Source: Felis catus (Eukaryota). From it: a stretch of DNA of 64,000 nt. Positions 1 to 13,004 of the stretch are shown here, one piece after another (within the stretch, counting starts at the first letter, position 1; each line of letters opens with the position of its first letter). The stretch lies in NCBI RefSeq assembly GCF_018350175.1, contig NC_058368.1:143594001-143658000 (forward strand), in the 5' to 3' direction. The notes below the pieces were generated by a model, which was not told where the DNA came from, did not search any database, and saw only the letters and a program-made list of their open reading frames with translations. A program made the position numbers and the translations under genes.

Positions 1-64
1 TCTCCCTCTCTCTCTTCTCTCACCGCCTCTGCCCTGTCAAAAATAAATAAACATTAAAAAAAAA
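1..64 (+). mobile_element. 3' end of a Can-SINE (CT tract, AATAAA, A tail), cut by the window edge
   Basis: (CT)n followed by caaaaataaataaacattaaaaaaaaa, the same tail as the intact SINEs in this window. Confidence 0.8.
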
Positions 65-73
65 GAATATTCT

Positions 74-320
74 TGGGCATGCAAGAATATTGGTGCAGCC
101 ACTCTGGAAAACAGTATGGAGGTTCCTCAAAAGACTAAAAATAGAACTACCCTACGACCCAGCAATTGCACTACTAGGCATTTATCCACGGGATACAGGT
201 GTGCTGTTTCGAAGGGACACATGCACCCCCATGTTTATAGCAGCACTATCAACAATAGCCAAAGTATGGAAAGAACCCAAATGTCCATCAATGGATGAAT
301 GGATAAAAAAGATGTGGTAT
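74..320 (+). mobile_element. LINE-1 fragment (ORF2 C-terminal region), truncated at both ends
   Basis: Translates to [36 protein letters not shown]...[13 protein letters not shown], highly similar to the ORF2 C-terminus at ~25130-25355. Confidence 0.95.
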
Positions 321-530
321 ATATATATATCTATCTATATATATATAGATATATATATGGTATATATATCTATATATATATAGATATATATACATATATA
401 GATATATACACCATGTGGTATATATATATACGTGATATATATATAGATATAGATATAGATATAGATATAGATATAGATATAGATATAGATATATACACAC
501 ATCTTCTTTATGTGGTATACATATATATAC
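318..530. repeat. Complex (TA)n/(ATAGAT)n microsatellite
   Basis: Directly visible; includes a run of atagat units at ~443-492. Confidence 0.95.
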
Positions 531-1364
531 CACATCTTCTTTTTTCATTGCTCCTTTTCACCATATGAAATAATACTGGAATTAATCTCTGCATTAAACA
601 GGCATTTATTAAGTACTTGCTGCACGTAAAAGAATTTGAACCCTGATCTAAGGAAACTTGCGATCTAGATGGGACATTCATCAGCAAATAAATACATAAT
701 ATGTTTTAAATATTATGGTGGTGGGAATCTAAAGTTCTCTGGGAGCTGCACAGAGGGAGATTAATTCTGGGTTGGAAACTGGGGAAGGCTTTACCAAAGA
801 CAAGTTGGGAAGCAGAAGGGGAAGGGAAGGGCACTCTCAGAGAAATTATTTGTGTTTGTGGAAAACTCTTTATCTTCTAAATTTGCAGAATAAACTTAAT
901 TCTGCTTTTAACTTAAAGAATATTCCATATTTGCACTCTAGCAACAATAGGAGTAAGATGAAAAAATTATCTAGGTAGGAAAAAGGTCTCAAATAAGATT
1001 AAAATACACATCCTCTGCATCTTGACTTATGATGCCTTTCCTCTCCAAGGTTGGGATTTTTCAGTGAGAAAGAGGGGTTTGCCAAGATAAACAATTATTT
1101 GCAAGGTTTGTAGTATATTCTTTTAGAAATGTAATATTAAAGACTTGTGATAACCTCAGAGGATAGAAAATACATTCATTTAAGAGATGGTTTACTTAAG
1201 TCATAAATGTGATTGTTATGGGAAAGTGAATTTACCTGCTTAAGTTATAAGTGGACTCAATAATTGTATTAATTCATCCATTTGATGTACTGAATTAGAT
1301 AGAAGGCACCTGATTTCTTAGTCTAGTTTTCTCCCTGCAAAGTGCTTGCAATTAAAGCATGCCT

Positions 1365-1764
1365 GGGGCAGCTGGGTGGCTCAGTTGGTTAAGCTTCTGA
1401 CTTTTGACTTTTTTTTTTTTAATATTTATTTGTTTTGAGAGAGAGAATGCATGGGAGCTGGGGAGGGGCAGAGAGAGAGAATCCCAAGCAGGCCTCATGC
1501 TCAGAGCAGAGCCTGGTAAGGGGCTCAATCTCTCGACAGTGAGATCATAACCTGAGATGAAATCAAGAGTTGGCTGCTCAACCTACTGAGCCACCCAGGT
1601 GCCCCTGAACTTTTGACTCTTTATTTCGACTCAGCTCTTGATCTCACGGTTTGTGAGATGGAGCCCCAAGTGGGGCTCTGTGCTGACAGCATGGAGCCTG
1701 CTTGGGATTCTCTCTCCCTCTCTTTCTGCCCGTCCCCACTCAAAATAAATAGATAAACATTAAA

Positions 1765-1816
<52 letters not shown>

Positions 1817-1817
1817 A
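1365..1817 (+). mobile_element. Can-SINE with (GAAA)n tail, interrupted by a second SINE
   Basis: Starts ggggcagctgggtggctcagttggttaag, resumes at ~1606; flanking repeat gcatgcct on both sides. Confidence 0.9.
1409..1605 (-). mobile_element. Can-SINE nested in the preceding SINE
   Basis: T tract ... ctgagccacccaggtgcccc; TSD acttttgact on both sides. Confidence 0.92.
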
Positions 1818-1889
1818 CGCATGCCTTTGGCCAATTTTGACCCAAACACATGACAAATCTTGTTTTTCTGTAGGTGTTAAAATAGTCAG

Positions 1890-2175
1890 GGCTTGGTGAT
1901 TGGTTTGAAAGATTAAGCAAGGAATGATCTTCAGGAATGATGCTCAGCTTGTTGGCTTCGGTAAGGAAGTAGGTGGAGAAGATGTCCAATGCTACATGGG
2001 ACACAGGAGGAGGAGGAGCAAGTTTCCAAGGAAGACATTGAGCTTGACTCTGAACATGTGGAATTTGAGGTGCCCATAGGACATCTGAGTAGAACTGATT
2101 AATAAGCAAGTGGAGGAATGTGTATGGAAATCAGGAAAGAGATCTAGAAATCTACATTTGGAGTGGTGAATATTG
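1890..2175 (-). mobile_element. L2 LINE remnant
   Basis: gaacatgtggaatttgaggtgcccataggacatc resembles the L2 consensus (recalled). Confidence 0.6.
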
Positions 2176-3134
2176 CCTTTAAGTTATTTAGGAGGAAACC
2201 AGCCATAGCACTGATGTTTTAAGACCCAAATGGCATAAAGGACTCTCCATCCGGTCCTTATCAGAGTCCAGACTGTAATAGGTACTCAGAAATTATTCAT
2301 TGAATGAACAAATGGTTACATATCTCTGTTCTCCATAGCCTGTTTCAAATATGTCCCCATCACCTACCAAAACTAAAAATGCAAAGGCTAGACGTACCTT
2401 TTTTTTTTAATTAAAGTATTGCCCCCCAAGTTCTTCTGGAGAGGTAGTGCAGCAGCCACCATCACTCACACAATTCCCCAGTGGAATAATTTTTGGAAAA
2501 AAAAAGAAGGAACAAGCATGGAGAAAAGTGGGAGCCACAAAGGTCTGGCTGGTTCCTCCACATCTTTTCCTGGGGTTGGTTTGGCTTGGAAACCTGAGGC
2601 CCTCCACCCAGGGCACTCTTAAGTATATCAAAAAGTTACTCTTATCCTTTCCATTATTTGCTGTCAAATCTGCTTCTGGGACCCCCTGGGAATATCAACA
2701 TAGACTGAAGGCCAGTCTACCACCTCCACCTATTTTTTTTTTTTTCATTTCTTCACAGCATTGATCTTTGTAACTTAGCAACTTGAAAAGCCGAGGAACA
2801 GAATGCCTCTTCCAACAGTAATTTTGAAACCTCTCGGGACTGTCAAGATCCCAGGGTTTACAAGAGATTCCACATACTTGAAGGGTGGGGAACATGGACA
2901 TGGGGTAGTGGTGGGCAAAGGAAAGCTTTTGTTGAAGCTACAGAGATAATAGTTGGAGTAACAGAAGTTACAAATTTGGGTGGGAAGACTTCCCCACCCT
3001 CTGCTCTGATTTTGGCTCTTGCTTATTGTTTCAGCTTCTCTCCTTAAGTCACTGTTGGCTTCTGTCTTGATGAGCAGCAACTCAGAAACCATAAACCTGT
3101 CCCTGGAATGTCTTTCTTTAGAAACATAAATGGA

Positions 3135-3342
3135 GGGGTGCCTGGGTGGCTCAGTCGGTTGGGCGTCCGACTTCAGCTCAGGTCACGATCTCACGGTCCG
3201 TGAGTTCGAGCCCCACGTCGGGCTCTGGGCTGATGGCTAAGAGCCTGGAGCCTGCTTCTGATTCTGTGTCTCCCTCTCTCTCTGCCCCTCCCCCATTCAT
3301 GCTCTGTCTCTATCTCAAAAATAAATAAATGTTAAAAAAAAT
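3135..3342 (+). mobile_element. Felid Can-SINE (SINEC_Fc-like)
   Basis: tRNA-derived head, CT tract and A tail; 15-bp TSD agaaacataaatgga. Confidence 0.97.
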
Positions 3343-4764
3343 TAGAAACATAAATGGAATATTTCTGGTATAACCTTTTCCCTTGTATCTGCACACAGTC
3401 CCAGGAGCAGCACTTCTGCAAGAGGGTTGTGGAGAGGGAGGCCATTACTCACATCATGGAATCCTCCAAAAGGCAATTCCTTGATGCAAGTAGATAATTT
3501 ATACAGACATACTTTGGAGAGTTCTGAATGATCAGGTTATTAACCTCAAGTTGAAACTTTTTCTTCACCAGCTTCCCTCCTCTAGCTTCCTTCCCTATAT
3601 AGCAAAAGCTTAGTCAACATTTGCACAATGTACTGGGGCTTCAGTAAAATTAACATGGTTGATATGAAATACCAGTGAACCCATCTCCTAACTAATTTGT
3701 TCTAAGAGCTCCAGGAAGAGATCTGCCTTTAACAACACCTAGGAAAAAGACTCTACCAGGTTTCCTCTCTTCATCTTCCAAAAATTCTAGTGAATTCATC
3801 ACCTGAGTTAAAATTATCCTCTTGCAAAGCAGACTCAAGAGACTTGGGCCATTCTAAGTCCAGCTGTTCTTTACCGTCAAAGCAATCTGACTTAATTTAA
3901 ACAAATGAGTGAGTGTTGGTGGTGAAAATCAATCACTCCAAGAATGACCAAAGAAGCAGACTGTAAAATTCCCTGAAGCTCCAAATTCTTCTGAGGCTCC
4001 TCCCCAGAATGTAGAGGTGTGAGGAAATGTTAAGTACACCCCACCTGAGCAACACCTGTTGTTGTTTGTGAGCCAAGACTATTTGTTGAAGTATATCTGA
4101 GAAGTCTGATTTGGTTTTCCTGTTTTAATTTTGGGCTCTGGTGCTTGATTTTGCCTTGTGAGGCTCTCTAGGGACAGGTGCATCCCATCTGCTGACATCT
4201 TGTTGGCTGAGTTGACACATTCTCATTAAGACAGCTTCTATTTAATGTTGTGTCTTCAGCTGTTTTGGTCTCTGCAACTTTCTCATTTTCAGTTTTTTTC
4301 CCCCTATCCACTGATCCCAGTGGACCCGAATGGACCACTTGACATTCTCCTGCTTTTAATCCTCCACCTGTATTCTATCAGTATGGAAAATGGTAATTAC
4401 TTGATTTGTCTTCCAATTCACTGGACTATAAACAGGAGCCAGGGAAAGCCAACAACTCCATTTTCCATTGGAAAATGCCCAGGGGCTGGTTAACAAGAAG
4501 TGGGGGGAGGGTTCACAGGAAGGAAATTCACAGTTTGATGAGATTTCAGAATATGTGCTTGGGAGGATCAACCAGCAGGAAGCCTCTTACATAAAGCTAA
4601 GACTATGAATCTATTCTATACCAAAGCTCGATTTGAAGTACAGACCCACACTCATATTTTCCCATAAGACTTACTTCTTAATCATTCTTTTAAAAGGTAG
4701 GTGTTCAACTGAGTCAGGTCATTTTGTTTCTGAAGTGAGAGGGGTGTAGTACGCTAGAAACTAT

Positions 4765-4985
4765 ATCATTGTTATATAAAAAAAAGTGGCTGGTCTTTCT
4801 CTCTAGTTAGTGAGAGGTAACCTCTAAATCTTTGGAATTTCCCTAAGGTTAGAAATATCTTTACTGTTCATGATGAGCCCCTCAAGACTATAACTGGATT
4901 TACACTAACAAGATGACTCTGACTTGAGGCTGCCTATGCCAGAAAGACTAATCTTGTGATTAGAGGGTAGAGCCTTGAGCACAGG
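4765..4985 (+). mobile_element. MER21-like LTR fragment
   Basis: tggctggtcttt...ctaaatctttggaatttcc...gccagaaagactaatcttgtgattagaggg resembles MER21-group LTRs (recalled). Confidence 0.55.
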
Positions 4986-5069
4986 TGGAGAATAGACATT
5001 TTTTTTCAGATAGTTATAAAACTGGAAGTTGTTCTCTTTTCACCAAGAAGTCTAAGTTCATAAATTCCT

Positions 5070-5410
5070 TCTCATCATTGAGGAGCACCTCAGGAAGTAA
5101 GCAACTTAAAGATGTAGAATACAACACTATACACATAAAGAAAATATGTGCAGGGCAAAAAGCAACAGGTATTTTACAGAGTCTGTATTTAATGTGCCAG
5201 AATTGCACAAATCTAGTAGGAAGAGAAAAATTAAAGTTATAGACCAACTTTATGAAAACTGTATTTAAATGAGATCATTTTGTATTACATAAGACAAAGA
5301 ATCAATATTCCGAATATACAAAAGTTCTAATATGTCAATAAGAAAAGACTAACATCCCTTAGGAAAAAAATGGCAAAGCAGAGAATATAGGCAAGAAAAG
5401 TTTAAAGTAG
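5070..5410 (+). mobile_element. Ancient L1 (L1ME-like), piece 1 of a split host element
   Basis: Degenerate ORF2 3' motifs (aataagaaaagactaac...aaaaatggcaaag). Confidence 0.55.
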
Positions 5411-8400
5411 GTAACACGGAGTAGGAAGATAGCACACTAGGAGGACCTAGGCTCACCTTGTCCTATAAACACAACTAGATAACTAGATATCAGATCATCC
5501 AAAATACACTAGAAATCAACCTGAAGACTGACAGAAAAAAATTTACAATTAAAGGGGGAGAAGAGGCCACATTGAAGAAGGTAGGAAGTGCAGGGAATGG
5601 TTTAGGAGGGAAACAGATCACAGCTGCTGTGGAGGGGCAGGGGCCATGGTTGTGGACAGGGTGAGACAGAGAAGATCACATAGGGTAATGCTCAAGGAGA
5701 ATGTTTTCCCAAAGCTATTGGCTTGGAAGATGAGAGGGGCTGAATTTAATGAGTTCTTGCAACCAGCAGAGCTTAAAGCCTAGAGTTGTAAAGTTCAGTG
5801 GACTTGGCTGGGACAGAACACTGAGAGCACTGCCCTGCTTCTGAAGAGAAGGCAGGCAGACAACCTGAGGACAGACAGCATGGAAACAGTGATCTGAAGA
5901 GCACTTGGAGCACACACTGGGGAGATTATTTGCTCTCCCCAGAGTGTGTTCCTAAGAGGCAGCATTCATGAAAACACTTCTCCAGGAACAAAGGAGCTGG
6001 CCTTCACCATCTCCCTCCCCTGCCCCTCAGCATAAACACAGAGCCAACTGCAGAAAGCAGTGCAGCACTGACACTGGATGCCTAACTTGATTACACCAAG
6101 GCCCTGCCTCTCCCCACCCCCACACTCCAGTGGAACTGCCCTTCTCAGTCACACTTACCTCAGTCCCAGTGTGGTGGTCTTGCAGGGCCTCAGTTCTGTT
6201 GGACGTGGTGACAGGTCTCATTTCTCAAGCAGACCAGAGCGCCCCTAGCTAAAACTCACCACATTCAGGCCAGGGAACAAACACTACCCACAGCAGGCAA
6301 ATGACTGGCCTAAAGGATGGAACAGCCAGAACACAATAGCAGAGCACACACAGCACACACTGGAGACACTCCCTGAAAGTGCCAGGCCGTGGGCATTATA
6401 TGACCTCTTCTTCATAAGGTTATTACTTTCAAGATCAGGAAACATAACTGGCTTTTCTAATACTGAGAAGAAGGCAGAGACTCAGACAAAATACAAAGAG
6501 GAATTTATCCCAAATGAAAGAACAGGATAAGGCTATGGCCACATATCTAAGCAAAACAGATATAAGTAACATGCCTGATGGACAATTTAAAGCAATGATC
6601 ATAAGGATACTCACTGTGCTTTAGAAAAGAAGACATCAGTGAGACCCTTACCACAGAGATAAAAGACTTAAAAAAGAATCCAAGCTAAAGAATGTAATAA
6701 ATGAGATTAGAAGCACCCTTGTTGCAATGAACAGCAGGCTGGAAGAAGCAGAGGAATGAATTAATAACTTAGAAGATGAAGTAATTGAAAGCAATGAAGT
6801 TTGACAAAAGAGAGAAAAAAGAATTATGCAGTAGGAGAATAGACTTAGAGAACTCAGTGACTCCGTCAAATATAATAACATTTGTATGATAAGAGTCCCA
6901 GAAGAAGAGAAAGAAAAGGAGGCAGAAAATTTATTTGAAGAAAGAATTTCTGAAAACTTCCATAATCTGAGGAAGGAAACAGACATCCAGATCCAAGAGG
7001 CACAGAGAACTCCCATTACCATCGACAAAAGCAGGCACACACCAAGACATATTGTAATTAAATTTGCAAAATATACTGGTAAAGAAAAAAATCTTAAAGG
7101 CAGCAAGACAGAAGAAGTCATTAACTTACAAGGGAAAACCCATAAGGCTAGCTGGATATTTTTCAACAGAAACTTGGCAAGCCAGGGGGAAGTGGCATGA
7201 TATATTCAAAGTGCTGAATGGGAAAAATTTGCAGCCACCAATACTGTCTCCAGCAAAGCTATCATTCAGAACATAAGGAGAGATAAAGAGTTTCCCAGAG
7301 AAATGAAAACTAAGGGAGCTTGTGACCACTGAACCAGCACTGCAAGAAATATTTAAGGGGACTCTTTGAGTGGAAAAAAGACACCAAAAGTGACAGTATA
7401 AAGGCAAGAAACATAAAAGCAGCAACAATTAATATTTCTGTAAAAATGAGTAAAGGAACTGTCTCTCTCTGTTTCTCTCTCTCTGTTTCTCTCTCTCTCT
7501 CACCACCCCCCCCCCCACACAAAGATATAGAATATAATAACATATACCTAAAACGTGGGGAGGAGAGGAGAAAATAATGGGTTCAAACTGAATGACCATC
7601 AACTTAATATAGACTGTTATTTGCAGAAGAGGTTATGTATAAACCAACTGGTAACCATTTATCAACAATCACTAATAAACATACAAAGAATAAAGAGAAA
7701 TCCAAATATACTGCTAAAAATATCAGCAAAACATGAAAGACAAAGTGTAAGAGAGAATCTTCAGAAATAACCATAAGTAATAAAATGTCAATAAGTACAT
7801 ATCTATCAATAATTACTTTGGATATAAATGGACTCAGTGCTCCAATCAAAAGACATAGGGTGACAGAGTGGATTAAAAAAACAAGAATCATCTATATGAT
7901 TCTCTATATGCCTACCAGAGACTCATTTTAGACCTAAAGACACCTGCAGTTGGAAAGTGATGGGATGAAGAAACATTTTTCATGCAAATGGATGTCAAAA
8001 GAAAGCCAGAGTAGCAATACTTATATCAGACAAACTAGACTTTAAACAAAGACTGTAACAGGAGGCAAAGAAGGTACTATATAATAATAAAGGGGACAAT
8101 CCAACAAGAAGATGTAGCAATTGTAAATATTTATGCACCCCAAATATATAAAACAGTAACATGGATGAACTAACCATTAATGATACAATAATAGTATGTG
8201 TCTTTTACACCTCACTTACATCAATGGACATATCATGTAAACAGAAAATAAGCAAGGAAAAAATGTCTTTGAATGATACACTGGACCAGATAGAACATTC
8301 CATTCTAAAACAGAACATACATTGTTCCAAGTGTGACTGAAAGATTCTCCAAAATAGGTCACATATTAGGCCACAAAATAGACCTCAATAAATACAAAAT

Positions 8401-8806
8401 GATTGAAGTCATGCTATGCACCTTTTGTGACCACAACATTATGAAACTAGAAGTCAACCACAAGAAAAAATCTGGAAAGGCCACAAATACATAGAGGTTA
8501 AACATTGTGCTACTAAACAAGGAATGGGTCAATCAGGAAATAAAAAAAGAAATTTTAAAAATACATGTAAACAAATAAGAATGAAAATACAACAATCAAA
8601 TTTTGGTGATGCAGCAAAAGTGATCCTAAAAGGGAAGTATATCCCAATACAGGCCAACCTTAAGAAGCAAGAAACATTTCAAACAACCTAACGTTACACT
8701 TAAAGGAGCTAGAAAAAGAACAACAAATGAAGTCTAAAGCCAGAAGAAGGAAGGAAATAATAAAGATTATAAACATTAGAGAAGAAATAAATGATACAGA
8801 AATGAA

Positions 8807-8809
8807 TGA

Positions 8810-8856
<47 letters not shown>
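8807..8856. repeat. (GAAA)n microsatellite inside L1 ORF2
   Basis: Directly visible. Confidence 0.95.
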
Positions 8857-8857
<1 letters not shown>

Positions 8858-9188
8858 CAACTAGAAGCAATCAATGAAACCAGCAGCTGGTTCTTTGAAA
8901 AATTTAACAGAATTGATAAACCTCTAGCCAGACTTAAAAAGAAAAGAGAAAGGACCCAAATTAATAAAATCATAAATGAGAGAAATAACAACCAACACCA
9001 CAGAAATACAAGCAATTATAAGGGAATATTATGAAAAATTATATGCCAAAAAACTGGACAACCTAAAAGAAATGGATAAATTCCTAGAAACATATAAATT
9101 ACCAAAATGGAAATAGGAAGAAATATAAAACTTGAACAGACCAGTAACCAGCAATGAAATTGAATCAGTAATCAGAAAACTCCCAACA

Positions 9189-10060
9189 TGATGAATTACT
9201 AAATTTTGTTCCTGAAATTATTACACTATATGCTAACTAACTTGGATTTAAATTTTTAAAAAAGTAATAAAAGCAAAGGCAATAGTTATCTAATGCCCAT
9301 GAAATACTTACAACTAGTTTTTTTGAGCACTTGCCATGTAATCCTTACCAATACTGTGCAAGGGAAATGTTATCCCTAATTTGCAGATGAAAAAACTCAA
9401 GCTTGAAGATTTTTCATGATTTGCAAATGTAATACATTGGATAGGGACATCTCCAGGAAACAAAGCCAGTTTAACTGGTTTCAAAGCACATCCTTGGCCC
9501 TCTTCACCATAATGACCACTTAATAACTATTGTGTTTAAGTCTTCCAGGCTAGCCTCATCCATGATGATTTTCTAAACGACATTTTTTTTCTTGTTTAGA
9601 CTCTCTTAAGACATTACTCATTTAACACATAATGATTGATCATCAGATATATGCTGGGCACTGTGCTAAACCTGTTCTTCTGGGTTAGAAAATACATTCT
9701 CTTTTTAATTCTCCATAAGAAAATACTAAACTTTTGTAGGTCACAAATTCATGTTCTTTCAATATTTTTCTGAAATATAGCAATACAAGATGATAAACGT
9801 TATCTGAAAACACTCTGAATATTTATGACAAAGACTGAGGAGTACATTTTACATTCCTAGTACATTGACATGTCACGAATCAAAATTATATCAAATATTT
9901 TAGTCATAAAAAGGGATATATTTGTGTCTATAAGAAGGTAGTTTGTTTCTTCTAATAGAATGATCCTAATAATTGTTTATAAGCTTAGTTACATAAATGA
10001 TCCCTCCCCCTTTTTTCTGCTAATAAAGTGCTTTTAGAAATAAATTACTTAAAAAAAAAA
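9189..10060 (+). mobile_element. Insertion: ~75-bp L1 3' terminus, ~790 bp non-L1 sequence, then poly(A); probable L1 3' transduction
   Basis: Host ORF2 breaks at aaaactcccaaca and resumes at aaaattgcaacaaacagaagtcc; the insert begins with an L1 3'-end homolog and ends AATAAA...A10. Confidence 0.8.
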
Positions 10061-11314
10061 TTGCAACAAACAGAAGTCCAGGAACAGATCACTTCATAGG
10101 TGAATTCTACCAAACATTTATAAAGAAGAGTTAATACCTATTTTTCTCAAACTATTTCAAAAAAATTTAAAAATGGAAGGAAAACTTCCAAATTCATTCT
10201 GTGAGGCCAGCATTACCCTGATACCAAAACCAGATAGAGATACACTAAAAAAGAGAACTATAGGCCAATATCCTTGATGAGCATAGATGTAAAAATTCTT
10301 AATAAAATACTAGCAAGCAGAATCCAACAGTATATTAAAAGAATCATTTACCATGATTAAGTGGGATTTATTCCTGGGTTGCAAGCATGGTTCAATATTC
10401 ACAAATCAATGTGACACATCACGTTAATAAAAGAAAGGATAAAAACCATATGATCCTTTCAATAGATACAGGAAAAGCATTTGACAAAGTACAACATCCA
10501 TTCACGATAAAAACCCTCAACAAAGTAGGTTTAGAGGGAAATACCTCACCATAATAAAAGCCATCTATGAAAAACCCACAGCTAATATCATCCTAAATGG
10601 GGAAAAACTAAGAGCTTTTCCTCCACAGGCAGGAACAAGATAGGGATGTCAACTCTCACCACTTCCATGCAACATAGTACTAGAAGTCCTAGACACAACA
10701 ATTAGACAACAAAAAGAAATAAAAGGCATCCAAATCAGCATGGAATAAGTAAAATATTCTGTATTTACAGATGACCCAATACTATGTAGAGAAAACCTTT
10801 AGAGACTCCACTAAAAAACTGCTAGAACTGATAAACAAATTTAGTAAAGTTGCAGGATACAAAACCACCATACAGAAATCTGTTGTATTTCTATGCACCA
10901 ATAATGAAGCAGTAGAAAGAGAAATTAAGAAAATAGTCCCATTTATAATTGCACCAAAAACAATAAGACACCTAGGAATAAACCTAACCAAAGATGTGAA
11001 AGACCTGAAAACTATAAAACACTTATGAAAGAAATTGAAGATGACACAAAGAAATGGAACAACATTCCATCCTCATGGATTGAAAGAAAAAATATGGTTA
11101 AGATGTCCATACTATCCAGAGCAATCTACACTTCTAATGCAATCCTTATTAAAATACAAAAAGCATTTTTCACAGAGCTAGAACAAACACTCCTAAAATC
11201 TGTGTAGAACCACAAATGACCCTGAATAGCCAAAGTAATCTTAAAAATGAAAAACAAAGCTGGAGGCATCATGATTCTGGGCTTCAAGTTACATTACAAA
11301 GCTGTGGTAATCAT

Positions 11315-11344
11315 TTTTAGTATATGTGCTGCTGAAGCGAGCCC
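11315..11344 (-). pseudogene. RNU6: 3'-truncated (tailless) U6 snRNA retropseudogene, U6 nt ~1-30
   Basis: Minus strand reads GGGCTCGCTTCAGCAGCACATATACTAAAA versus U6 5' end GTGCTCGCTTCGGCAGCACATATACTAAAA (2 mismatches); 16-bp TSD aaagctgt(g/a)gtaatca at 11298-11313 and 11346-11361. Confidence 0.92.
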
Positions 11345-11763
11345 TAAAGCTGTAGTAATCAAAAGAGTATGGTACTGGCATAAAAACACACATAGATCAA
11401 TAGAATAGAATAGAAAACCTAGAAATAAACCCACAGTGATATGGTCAGTTAATCTTTGACAAAGCAGGAAAGAATATCCAATGGGAAAAAGAATGTCTTT
11501 TCAACAAATCGTGTTGGGAGAACTGGATAGCAAGATGCAAAAGAATGAAACTGAACCACTTTCTTATACTATACACAAAAATAAATTCAAATTAGATTAA
11601 TTACCTAAATGTGAGACCTGAAACCACAAAAATCCTAGAAGAGAATATAGGCAGTAACTTCTTTGACATGGGCTGTAGCAACTTTTTACTAGTTATGTCT
11701 CCTGAGGTAAGGGAAACAAAAGCAAAAATAAACTATTGTGACTTCATCAAAATAAAAAGCTTC

Positions 11764-11966
11764 GGGGGGTGCCTGGGTGGCTCAGTCAGTTAAGCATCTG
11801 ACTTTGGCTTGGGTCATGATGCCAGTTCATGGATTCAAGCCCTGCATCGGGCTCTGTGCTGACCAGAGCCTGGAGCCTGCTTTGAATTCTGTGTCTCCCT
11901 CTCTTTCTGCCCCTCCACCACTCGTACTCTGTGTCTCTCTCAAAAATAAATATTAAAAATAAAATA
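11764..11966 (+). mobile_element. Can-SINE in L1 ORF2
   Basis: SINE body; TSD aaataaaaag(c/t)ttc. Confidence 0.95.
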
Positions 11967-12417
11967 AAATAAAAAGTTTCAGCACAGCAAAGGAAATAAT
12001 GAACAAAACTAAAAGGCAACCTACAGAATGGGAGAAGCTATTTGCAAATGATATATCTGATACAGAGTTAGTATCCAAAATATATAAAGAACTTGTGCAA
12101 CTCAACACACAAAAAAACAAATAATCCAATTAAAAATGGGGAGAGGACATGACAAATATTTCTCCAAAGAAGACCTACAGATGGCCAACATTCACATGAA
12201 AAGGTGCTCAACATCATTCACCATCAGAGAAATGCCAATCAAAAACACAATGTGGTATCACCTCACACCTGTTGGAATGGCTAAAATCAACAACACAAGA
12301 ACAAGTGTTGTAGAGGATGTAGAGAAAAAGAAACCCTCTTGCACTGTTGGTGGCAATGCAAACTGGTGCAGCCACTCTGGAAAACAGTAGGAGGTTCCTC
12401 AAAAAATTAAAAATAGA

Positions 12418-12530
12418 GGGATGCCTGGATGACTCTGTTGAAGTAATGTGTGACTCGATCTCGGGGTTGTGAGTTCTAGCCTCATGTTGGGTGTAATGAT
12501 TACTAAAAAGTAAATTTAAAACTTTTTTCT
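12418..12530 (+). mobile_element. Short old Can-SINE (SINEC_old-like, no CT tract)
   Basis: gggatgcctgg...gatctcggggttgtgagttctagcc; TSD aaaaaattaa(a/g)aataga. Confidence 0.75.
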
Positions 12531-13004
12531 AAAAAAAATTAAGAATAGAAGTACCATAATTACCACCAGTAATTCCAGTACTGGGTGTCCACCCAAAGAA
12601 AACAAAAACACCAATTCAAAATGTACTACTATGTTTATTGCAGCTCTATTTACAATAGCCAAGATCTGGAAGCAGCCCAAGTGTCCACTGATTGATGAAT
12701 GGATAAAGAAGGTATGGTACATATATACAATAGAATGTTACTCAGCCATAAGAAAGAATTAAGTCTTTCCATTTGCAACAACACGGATATATCTAGAGAG
12801 TATAATGTTAAGTTAAAGAAGTCAAAGAAAGACAAATTACCATATGATTTCACTCATATGGCATTTTAATAAAACAAATGAGCAAAGAAAAAAGAGACAA
12901 AAAACCAGACTCTTGAATACAGAGAAAAAATGGTGGTTACCAGAGGGGAGGTGGTGTGGGAGATGGGTGAAATAGGTGATGGGGATTAAGAGTACACTTA
13001 CCAT

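Noticed and set aside
288..568. YI/DI-repeat ORFs
   Set aside because: These are translations of a microsatellite.
3135..3215. tRNA-like A/B boxes as tRNA genes (also in the other SINE heads)
   Set aside because: They are tRNA-derived heads of Can-SINEs followed by CT tracts, A tails and TSDs.
5395..5420. TSD for the 5418-13328 L1
   Set aside because: No convincing repeat at the 3' end; I cannot distinguish decay from target-site deletion.
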